A DNA stretch of 63,992 nucleotides, counting the filler, from Choristocarpus tenellus KU-1152 (lineage: Eukaryota > Protista > Phaeophyceae), in assembly GCA_964200185.2 (NCBI GenBank). It is 9 parts of 9 records of this genome, joined end to end, with 100 filler letters (N's around TTAATTAATTAA, not from the genome) between each part and the next. Parts side by side here need not be neighbours in the genome. Positions count along the whole stretch, not along the records: positions 51,953 to 61,335 come from CAXNAD020003726.1; positions 61,436 to 63,992 come from CAXNAD020026803.1; 7 more parts are not named here. The stretch is one strand, 5' to 3'. Position numbers and translations under genes: made by a program. Below the pieces are notes generated by a model, which did no database searches, had not been told where the DNA came from, and saw only the letters and a program-made list of their open reading frames with translations. Below are positions 52,045-63,992 of the stretch, in pieces (within the stretch, counting starts at the first letter, position 1; each line of letters opens with the position of its first letter).

Positions 52045-52332
52045 ACTATCACTATTAAACCCTTCTCTCTGCTGATTCCATTCGCTTGCTGTATCTCATT
52101 CCCCATTACAAGATTCTTCGATGTTGGACCAAAACACCCTGAGTGAATACACCTCCCCTCAAGTTTGGTATGACAACAACGCCTATCTGTCTATTTTCAG
52201 CGGACAAATAGAAGATTACACAATAAAAACACACACACACAAACATGCCTCCCACCTCTAAAAAAGCACACACCACTCTGCACACACCAAACGCATCAAA
52301 TACTCTACTTTTTTTTTCAACGTTTCAAACAC

Positions 52333-55300
52333 CTACACCTCACCTCCAAACACAAGAGAACCCAAATACTCTCCTCCTTCTTCCTCCCTCCGATGTTTCC
52401 CCCCCTCCAAGGGAAGCCCTTCTTCTCCATCATCAACAGAGAAAAGATCTGCCTCATCCTCAACCAATAGGTTGTTGCTGCCTGTGGAGGAAGTGCGGCT
52501 CTTGTCCAGAGCAGCTACAGCACCACCACTCCCATCTTCCTCCGGCAAAGCAATGGCAGCCCTGGAAAAGTTGAGGTTCTTGATGGCAGAACTGACACTC
52601 TCTGAGTCATTATCATCATCACCATCTAGGTTGAGCTCGTTGGGGTCATATCGGTATGGAGCATTGCTGCATTCGCAAGACGGATACGGACATCACCATC
52701 ACCGACATGAAAATAAACAGGAAGGAGTGACTATGAGAGTGGTGTGTGTATGCGTAACAGTACTAATAGTATTAATAGTAGTAGTAGTGGTAGTAGTAGT
52801 AGTAGTAGCAAAAGTAGTATTAGGAGTAACAGTAATATTAATAGTAGTAGTAGTGGTAGTAGTAGTAGTAGTAAAAGTAGTATTAGGAGTAATAGTAATA
52901 TTAATAGTAGTAGTAGTAGTAGTAGTAGTAGTAGCAGTAGTATTAGGAGTAATAGTAATATTAATAGTAGTAGAATTAGTAGTATTAGTACTAATAGTAG
53001 TAGTAGTAGTGGTACTAGTAAAAGTAGTATTAGGAGTAATATTAATAGTAGTAGAATTAGTAGTATTAGTACTAATAGTAGTAGTAGTAGTGGTAGTAGT
53101 AGTACTAGTACTAGTAAAAGTAGTATTAGGAGTAATAGTAATATTAATAGTAGTAGAATTAGTAGTATTAGTACTAATAGTAGTAGCAGTGGTAGTAGTA
53201 GTAATAATAATAACGTCAAGGACAGGTTGCCTTTTTGGGATCTCCCGACACTGATGAGGATAATACAGGCAGTTATACACAATTGTGCACGCGACCTTTT
53301 GCCATTGAGGCCAGGACAAGTGATGTGGTGTGTGTCAGATGCATGACCGGCTTGTGTTAACCCCAAAACGGACGGTGGATTCAAACTAGCAAAACCCGAG
53401 ATTGTGTTTTCTATTCTGACTGGTGACAACCAATCACAATGAAGATTGATCAACATGATATATATGCACTCTGACAGCATGCCTAGGTCTAATCTTTAAC
53501 TTCCTTTCTGAAACTCATCTCTGGTGGTTCTCATCACCCCCCATCACACAGAACCAGGTCCCTTAAAAGTAGTAGTAATGATAGTAGTATTAGTAGTAGT
53601 AGTAGTAGTTGTAGTATTAGTAGTAGTAGTGGTAGTGGTGGTAGTAATAGTAGTAGTAGTAGTAGTAGCAATAACAAGAATAATAGGCCAAGAAAGAGAA
53701 AATTTAAAAAACAATACTACTCCACGTTTGTCATTGAGAAATTAAAAAAAGTTTTCAAAATAAATTTATCATTATAATTCCTGTTGTTATCATTATTGTT
53801 CTGTACTCTATCCCTTCTTTTTATTCCGTTTGTTGGATCATGGAATAATAACCTGATGCTGGATTGGGAAAGAAGGCATCACTATAATTACTAGCAGTAT
53901 CATTAAATTTACACTTGAGAGAAACAATACACTTTAACACTGGAACAGATAACAGCTTCACCTCGTACCTCTTTTTTCATAAGCAATAAAAAGTGAATGC
54001 CTCATTTCAAAACAAACACCCACATCACAATAAGTTATGAACAAAAGTAGAAACGTGGAGGTAACAGCAAAGAAGCAATGATATATTAAATATTGAACAG
54101 TGATATACTAAATATTGAATAATCATACAATAAATCTTGAACAATGATATATTGAATATTGAATAATATATTAAATATTGAACAATGATATATTCAAAAT
54201 TGAAAAATGGCATATTAAATATTGAAAAATAGCATATTGAATATTGACCAATGATATATTGAATAATCTTATAATAAATATTGAACAATGGTATATTAAA
54301 TATTGGACAATGATACATTAAAAATTGAACAATGGTATATTAAATATTGAAGAATAGTATATTGAATGTTGAGCAATGATATATTAAATATGAACAAAGA
54401 TATATTAAAAATTGAACAATGGTATACTAAATATTGAATAATTATATGATAAATATGGTAAGGCCCTCACAATCAGTTCAGCTGGTTCTATCTCAAGATG
54501 AAAAGCGGAATAATATATTTTGGTGAGAAACTAAAAGGATCAAAGATTCGAAACCAGATTTTCAGAACTGGGTATTGATACCCCATGCTCAACAAAAAAA
54601 TAACAAAAAACCATAAAGTGCCATGATTGCCATGATCATACCACACAGTAGCATCGATATGTATTTTTTTTAGAATTAACCCAACACACATTTGAGTCAC
54701 TTTTTTCTTCTCTAAGGAAAAAATATCACTGACCAAGTTCAATATCCAATCGTTGATTTGCACTCCTCCTACCCATCCCAAGACTTCTCAACAAGAAATT
54801 ACTCGTAACTATACAAAACCCCGTGTATGTGAATGGCATTACACTCTACGAAGATAACTTTCTCATACCATGCCATTGGAAAGCACCACAGCATCATCCT
54901 TTGGAGGGGTACACACCACACCGGCTCTCATCACAAAACATCACCCACTCTCCAGTACTGCACCCTAACCCTACAACTCTTCATCCAATAAGTAAACCCC
55001 CTATACCCTCTTTCGGGGAAGATAGTCCCAAGCACTAACTTCAACTTGGTGCCACAACAGAAGAATCAGAAACAACTAACCAACAATCAAACAAACCGCC
55101 TCTCATTGGTCTGCCTCATAAATGCACCGGGGGGGGGAGGGGGGTGGGGGGGGGGGGTAGCAACAGGTATTTAGATTCTCACAGAGAGAGCCATAGAGAA
55201 TTTTAAAAGTCCAAATGCAACTAACCAAGATATTGTGGCACTAACACACATCCAAATTCGTACAGTACATCCCTACCTGAGGGGGGAAGAGTCTGTGGAT

Positions 55301-58300
55301 GCCAAGGAGTTATTGCACCCAGAGCTCGTGGTGCTGTCACACAACATGTCCATGGCCTTGTTCCCAAAGAGCTTGTCCACTTCCATCTCAGCATACTTGT
55401 CAATTCTTCTCTCAAAGGCTGCATAGACCTTAGCCACCAAAAAGGCAACAGTAGTCAGTTCAGAGGGGCCAAGTGGTGGGGGGGTGAACAAACCGCGGCG
55501 CTGGGAGAGTTGCCAACAGTGAATGGCGTTATGATGTATCTATGTGAAAATGGTAAGAATGTGGAGAGAGGAGAAACGCCTTCAATATCTGAGGTAACCT
55601 CTACTAAACACCGTTCTGATCAAGTAGGTAGATAAGAAGACACTAGATCGCCAAAAAATATCATCGCGTAAAGAAATTTAAAATTGAATACAAGCTTGAT
55701 CAAATATTTATTTTCTTCTAGACAAGTCGCTGGAAGGCGTGGTGGTGTAACTGTGACTTCCGTGTTTCTTGTACCAAATGGGTAATGTTGAGACATTTCA
55801 ATCACTGCAACCAGCCAACCACAGCTTTACAGAGAGAGTCACACAGAAGACAGTAGCACCTCCTTTTCAGCCCCAGTTGGGGTCCCTGCCAACCCAAGGT
55901 CTGCCCAACAAATTGAAAGTCTAAATTTTCAAATTCATGTGGATATTTGAACGTATTCAATTTGTTCTCAAGAGCGTCTTCATGACACCAGAGGAAATAA
56001 TGCCTCTTACAATGGGTAACATATGTACTTATCAGGTGTTGCCTTGTGACATGGTAGATAGATCCACAGACCTGATATGATCGCCACCGTCAGAGATGGA
56101 CAGGAACAGTTGGGATACGTAGAACAACCTTCTGTCTCACACAGATGACACTTACTGCAAAACCACAATAAACACCAACACTTGATCTTTGAAATTACAG
56201 CCCCAAACGATTAACAGGGACTTCTACCTAAACTCTTTTCAAAAGTTCTTTTTTTCTGAACCCTGAAAAAGGAAGCACCCAGAACACAATGCATTGTTTT
56301 TATCCAAATCTTCCAGAATCTTAAATCAACAAAGTCCCCCCCTCTCCTCCCCCTCCATCTTTTTCAGAAAATTTCATTTCCAATGCTCCTCACTTTACTA
56401 CAAAGGCCATTCCAGAGGTGATCACAGCACAGGACTAGACCAATCAAAGCTCAGCCTCAGATAGAGGAGCGATCAAGGGGAGGAGGGGATGCCATACGAT
56501 TTCCGAGCACTCCATCCCAAAATGAGAAAAAACTCAGGACAAGTACGTTCTTTTTTTTTATTGGTCTAGTGCACAGGGGCTGAGAAAACAGAGAGAAAGA
56601 GATAGATAGGAAAATATATATATAACCCTGACCATAACCTCAACTCTAAACCCAACCTTAAACCTATCCTAACCCTATCCCAAACATTGAACAGAACTCC
56701 AAACTTAAACAAATCTAAACCCCAGCCTTAACCCTAACCCCGAACCGAAAGACAAGAGATTAGAAATCTCAATAAGAAGAAAAAAACTGAGTGACTCGGA
56801 CACAGTGGTCAAGGTCACGCAATAAGGTATACCCTTCCATTGCACATAACACCAGCACCAGTACCAAGGTAAATTTCCCAGGAAGAAAAAAAAAAAGAGT
56901 TCAAGGCTCACCCAACAAATAATTCAGAAGTCCATCAAACAAAAAGAGAAAAATATATCTCTGCATGAGACCTTGGATTGGGGTTCAAACGCCCTTTTAG
57001 ATTCTTGACATAAAGACTTCTGTCATGAAAATTCATCATCCAATCACCGAAATAGCACCCATCATGGAGCACACACCTTGGACAGGACCCGCTGCTGTGT
57101 GGGTATAGTCAAGTACGCTTGTCCCTCGTCCAGAATGGAGCGGGCGACATTGTATTCACCAATGTCCTATTCAGAGTGTGTAGGGGGGAGGAATTGTGGT
57201 CAGGTCCATGGAGAACAGTTACTGCAAAAAGCACCCAGTTACGTGTGTTTTGCTCAAGCTCATTTTGAGCGCGCTGGGTAGCATAGCTCTTGGTCGAGTT
57301 GTTCCAAAAACCTTCATGATTAAAGGCCAATGTGCAAACAAGAGTACACGTGGTTGCAGCACTTACACTCTACTCCCAAGAGACAATCAAGAACATGTGT
57401 AGGGTTTCATAGAACAAGGACGGCTATTGGCCAAATCATGCTGTCCGTTGACACATCGAGAATATTGTACATACAGTATCCCCGCCCAACCCCTCAACCA
57501 AGCTAACCTCCTCAATCTTGGACCGGGCAGCCCAGTACAGGGCAAGCTCCCCCACCCTCTTCTCCTTAGACCTGTTCAACTTCAGGAGCCCAGTCATCAG
57601 CTCCCGGGCCTCATCCACACAAGAAACCTGCTCAGGACCCGGGAAACAGGCACCCCATAGGGCAGGGATAAGACACGTGGAGCTTTGAACTTAACAATAT
57701 AATGACATCAACTATCACGTGCGCCACCAATTATCCTCTATATTAACAACCAAAGTTGGGTTCTACCAGAGGAGGATGGGATATTTACAGATGTGATGGC
57801 CCAGAGGTCAAGGGTGGGCAGGTCTTGTGGAGACAAAGTATCTTCGAGGGTAGAGCCACGTCCATTTGGGGGCCAAAATCTGACGTTGTGATTTTGATGT
57901 AATTTTGGCTATTGTGTGTGCTAGGAAGTATCAATATCCATGTTCCAGACACACCTTTTCATAACATAAGCACTTTACCTAATCCTAAACATTTTGGAGT
58001 AGGAAAATGTCATAAGAGAACCCACGGGAAGCCAAGCCCCAAATGGACAAACAGGACAAGACTTGTACCCTATAATATGCTTTCACTCGTGATTAGCCAT
58101 GAGTTGACCTGTAATGTAATAGTGAAGGTGTTGAAAGGTGCATTCCAAATACTGAAGCATGTATTGATATGGGATTTCTACCAAGCAATAACGGCATTCT
58201 GTTATTAAGATACCTTAAAATCTTGTTTTCACAATTGCTATAATTACTCCACAACTGGAGTTGAGCTACACGAAAGTGAGGTTACAAAGACTCATTGTCA

Positions 58301-59914
58301 CATTTTCTCATCATATTTGTTTCCCAGATTTGGAAGGTCCCAACTCTGGTTAGAATTCTAATTTACATATGCCACAACATACCTCTGTGCACACCCCTCT
58401 AATCACTGGGAGAGACACTTGAGTGGGCCTATAAAGGTCTGTGAACTGCTGATGCAAAGTCTGCTTCCCAATCGTTTTTCACTCGAGGTGGCACTCAATC
58501 AATTCAATCATTACACAAGAGGGATAAGCTGCCATGTGCTTCAATCTATGTAAACAAAAGAAAAAAGGTATGAGCCAAAGTATCTGAGAGGGTAGAGCCA
58601 CGTCCATTTGGGGGTCAAAACGCAATGTTCCGATTTTGATGTAATTTNNNNNNNNCCACTCCGAAACATATCGGAATAGAAAAATGTCATAAAACACCTG
58701 TGGGAAACCAAGCCCCAAGTGGACAAACAGGGCAAAACTCGTACCCTCTAAGATACTTTCACTCATATGTTCAACCATTAACATCTCTTTTCGTATTGTT
58801 AGGAACAGCTCCATGTGTACTGTGCCACACAATGCTGTTGTACACCAAGTTAGGGGTTGCAGTGTGGCCTTCCATAAGAAAACCTGTACTTGCTGATACA
58901 ATATGCAAGAGGCTGCAACACAGGGGATACTTAAATCCAAGAATCCGGTGCCTATCGTGCCTATACCAAAAGAAGAAATGAGGTCAGGGTTGGAGAGGGG
59001 TGCCATACTGGAAGATTAAACAATTGTCCCTTGTTTACAACAGGGAAGTAGAGGAGTGGTAGGGAAATCCCTGACACCCTATAGTCAACCATGAAGGGAC
59101 GACGGAATGATGGGACTGCTCTCCAACGTACCTCAAGGAGCATATTGGCTTCGCTGATCTGTGACTTGAGAAATACGGAAATCTCCTTCATTCGTGCCAA
59201 TTCCATACTTTGCGCTAGAGAAGCAGCTAAACCACCTTCCGCTCCAGACTTCTTAACGACAGCGCCAACTCCTGCGACCTGCTTGGTAGCCCCAAATGTA
59301 TCCTTGCTGTGAACGAGAGCCTTGGCGGGAACATTCAGTTTTCCACCGGCTGCTGTCGCCTTTGCCTGCCGCAGCCTACGCTTGAGGGTATGAATAGGGG
59401 TGCCAGGTCCGACTCGCCTTGCACCAGCTAGCTTGACCTTCTGGTCGTCAACCTTGCGAAGCAAGCAGGGAAGATCTTTATTTCAAAATGCGACACTGGC
59501 CACCGTACCCTATGTGCATGGCATCGAGTTGACACATACAGAACACAATATATTGTCAATGGTCGAGAGTACCTGACAAATACACACTAAACGCGTCCTC
59601 TTGTCGACTTAGGGACCAAAGGCACTCACTCACCACCTCCATCCCACCTGAAATGGCTTGCGCCTTTGAAGAGCACCATTATTTTTGTTGAGTGCAGGCT
59701 TCTTCAAGAGCCCATTGCCATGGCGCCGAAGAGCGGGTCTAGCACTGTTCGTAGAGTTGGACTTCAGAACCGCCAGAGCAGTCCGAGGACGGGTTTGACC
59801 GAAACTGTTAGCTGCAGGAGCTGCTTTCCCTGATCCATCACCTCTGCTAGCCTTCATGGCCCTCCATTTAGCTAGTTTCTCTTTGCGAGAAAGTCCTTTA
59901 ACCGAATCTTGCAT
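52333..59914 (-). CDS. CKAP2/CKAP2L-like putative microtubule/spindle protein, 6 exons, 427 aa
   Basis: Exons 59914-59648, 59452-59132, 57627-57508, 57166-57077, 55428-55277, 52666-52333 (phases 0,0,0,0,2). Basic N-terminus RKEKLAKWRAMK; helical EARELMTGLL..ALYWAARSKIEEDIGEYNVARSILDEG; acidic tail. The gene model is solid; the family assignment is inferred. Confidence 0.7.
52757..53212. repeat. (TAG)n-derived compound micro/minisatellite in an intron
   Basis: Repeated agtagtattaggagtaatagtaatattaatagtagtag units with variable (TAG)n. Confidence 0.95.
53567..53672. repeat. (TAG)n microsatellite
   Basis: Imperfect tagtagtag run. Confidence 0.9.
54077..54458. repeat. AT-rich 22-bp tandem minisatellite (~17 copies)
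   Basis: Consensus AATGATATATTAAATATTGAAC, head-to-tail, no spacers. Confidence 0.92.
56624..56742. repeat. Degenerate telomere-like (CCCTAA) tract
   Basis: aaccctgaccataacctcaactctaaacccaaccttaaacctatcctaaccctatccc...ttaaccctaacccc. Confidence 0.5.
57830..58088 (+). mobile_element. MITE family B, full copy in intron 2 of the CKAP2-like gene
   Basis: GAGACAAAGTATCTTCGAGGGTAG...tttcactc; GTG on both flanks. Confidence 0.88.
58572..58764 (+). mobile_element. MITE family B copy (internal N gap) in the same intron
   Basis: GAGCCAAAGTATCTGAGAGGGTAG...taccctctaagatactttcactc. Confidence 0.88.
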
Positions 59915-60499
59915 TGCACTGATGATACCAGTCAGGCTTCAAGGCGGTGCTGTTCCCAGGTCAAAATCAGCCCTGAATCTATGTACCCTCACGGAATATC
60001 TTGAACCCTCCGAAACAGAATTGTGACCCAATTTTGTCTGTTGTGGACTGGGGACCACGCCGAGATTATATGACGGTACGTACAGGATAGGAGTTGCCAA
60101 GTCAACTGCTAACTGTGGCTACAACCCTAACAATGTGGTAGTTGTATTACACACGGTTTGTCTGTTGTAGATTTTTTGTGTAATAAATGACCAACGACAA
60201 AGTCACATAAAACGCCTTCCAAGCGTTTTTTTCACGATTTAGGATACTAAACACTACCATGCTTCCAAAGCCGTTACACACTGTTCACAATATCGTGTTT
60301 CGTAGAGGGTGGTGCGCAAGTTACCAAGCTCATGCAAACTTCCTGGAAGTCTAAGAGAAACAGGAAAGGGCAAGGAAGCAACTGCGTACAGACCCCGAAA
60401 ATGCCACTTTCAAGAACACGTTGAACAAGCTGGCTAACACCTCAAGAGGGTCAGGGTTTCTTGTCTGCCTTGCCAGAGTTTATTTACACCTCTATCAGG

Positions 60500-61227
60500 A
60501 GGATGGAAGACCTTATTCACGGTGGAGATCAAGTTGGCTTTTACCAACACCTGAAAGGCTTTAATTTCGAGACAACCAGAGATGGTGTCCTCTTTGCACA
60601 TCCAGTCTGGACAACTCACTGAGAGGAGGTATCCATCATGGAATGGTGGGGAAGACAAAACCCAATAGTCCTTACTACTAAGTCGGTTGACCTCGATCCC
60701 TGTAGTGCTGAATCCCTCGACCAACGAGTAACAACCTTGACCCTTGCTACTCCTCCAACGATGATAGAGGTTCTGAAGCACTCAGGACAATGGGAAATGG
60801 GAAGGCTATGGTTCCAAGACAAGCTTTCAGTTGAGGTCGTGAAGCTTGGACAACAGGAGGGCGTGGTTATCCTCCAGGGTTTCCGTAATATTGTATTGGC
60901 TATGTGGAACAGGAAGTCATGCCATAGGTCTGGAAAGATACGGTCATCACTGTGCTCTACAAGAAGAAGGATCGTACTCATTGTGGCAACTACAGAGACA
61001 TTTTGTTGGTTGCACGTACTGGCGAATTCTTCCTCAAAAATGTTGCACAGCGATTGGGGAATTGCCTAAAACGGATCAACCTCCTTCGTGAGGAACAGTA
61101 CGATTTCCGACCCCGATAGCATGTACCCCTCTTCATATGTTCTATCGATCTACAGAAAGCATATGTGATCGTTGATCGTTGTATCCTGTTGGTCGTGCAG
61201 ATCAAATTTTGCCAAAGATGATCTCTG
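60500..61227 (+). mobile_element. Decayed RTE-like LINE RT fragment
   Basis: WKDTVITVLYKKKDRTHCGNYRDILLVARTG..LLREEQYDFRP..CSIDLQKAYVIVDR; frameshifts; cut by a family A MITE. Confidence 0.8.
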
Positions 61228-61335
61228 GCTCAAAGTATCTGGGGGGGGGGGGGGGGGGGGCGGGGGGGGGGGGCCCCTTCGGGCCGCGCCCCAAAAAAGA
61301 CAACTTTACTTTCTCCACCCAACACCCAAACCAAA
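61228..61335. mobile_element. MITE family A end at contig edge
   Basis: ggctcaaagtatct(g)n. Confidence 0.75.
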
Positions 61336-61435
61336 NNNNNNNNNNNNNNNNNNNNNNNNNNNNNNNNNNNNNNNNNNNNTTAATTAATTAANNNNNNNNN
61401 NNNNNNNNNNNNNNNNNNNNNNNNNNNNNNNNNNN

Positions 61436-61521
61436 CCAAAATTACATCAAAATTGCAACATTGGATTTCGGTCCCCAAACGGACACGGCTCTACCCTCTA
61501 AGATCTAACATACTTTGACTC
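61436..61521 (-). mobile_element. MITE family B left-end fragment (reverse orientation) in a U2AF65 intron
   Basis: caaaattacatcaaaattgcaacattgg...ctctaccctctaaga..tactttgactc is the reverse complement of the family B left end. Confidence 0.8.
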
Positions 61522-61646
61522 TCTTTTCTCATGTTTTTATTATGTGCCCTCTTGGGAAGCTGTTCCTCTCATGACCAAATTTGATTGGCATGTCTTAGAT
61601 GTCTGCCATCTCATGTACTTTGTCTATGTGTTGCGTGGTGTGGTGA

Positions 61647-63715
<2,069 letters not shown>

Positions 63716-63992
63716 GTGAGCAAACAGGCGTACATGAAGGGAGAGGGGAGACATGTCAAGTGATGGCGGTTTTTGTGATAGTTGGTATTGATTTTCTTAG
63801 TTGATGAAGGACTCGGAGCCCCTATTTGTATTCTACTCTACCTTGTTGATCCTTGTGTGTGCAGAGTTTAGCTTAGTGGTTGGTGTTTGCCATTCAATTC
63901 ACAATTTGCCCCCCCTCCCCCCCCCCCCTCCCCCCTATGTACCACCATACATACGAAGGGAGGCCGGCGGGGGGAGGGGGGTGGTGTCCGTG

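Larger units (their letters stand above)
20469..61435. other. Eight artificial contig spacers (N-run, TTAATTAATTAA, N-run) starting at ~20469, 24201, 28053, 32021, 39317, 45218, 51853, 61336
   Basis: An identical 100-bp spacer carrying stop codons in all six frames. Confidence 0.97.

Noticed and set aside
52472-53480. Long ORFs rich in Val, Thr, Leu or Ser on both strands (200-260 aa)
   Set aside because: Products of the (TAG)n repeat lying in an intron of the minus-strand gene; not real proteins
54077-54458. Possible CRISPR array
   Set aside because: Units are head-to-tail with no unique spacers, no cas genes, eukaryotic intron context

Overview
Eukaryotic, intron-rich genomic DNA. It is most likely a photosynthetic, flagellate-stage stramenopile such as a brown alga or close relative; this is an inference from a fucoxanthin-type LHC pseudogene, a bipartite plastid presequence, KATNIP and TTAGGG-like repeats. 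The window is not one locus: it is nine short contigs joined by artificial N...TTAATTAATTAA...N spacers. Spliced genes reconstructed by hand with consistent exon phases: proteasome beta-7 (complete), Sm-G (complete), an orphan ~180-aa membrane protein, a PsbP-domain thylakoid lumen protein, a membrane-anchored GT2+TPR glycosyltransferase (GC-AG intron) head-to-head with ATP23, KATNIP (3' part), a complete 427-aa CKAP2-like protein and U2AF65 (middle part). Also present: an Lhcx-type pseudogene, a DIRS/Ngaro-type retroelement, decayed RTE-like LINEs and LTR-element fragments, intronic satellites, and about 15 copies or fragments of two related MITE families sharing a CAAAGTATCT terminal motif. 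I found no CRISPR array, rRNA or complete tRNA, and no clear multi-gene novel system. All protein identities come from motif recognition, not database searches.
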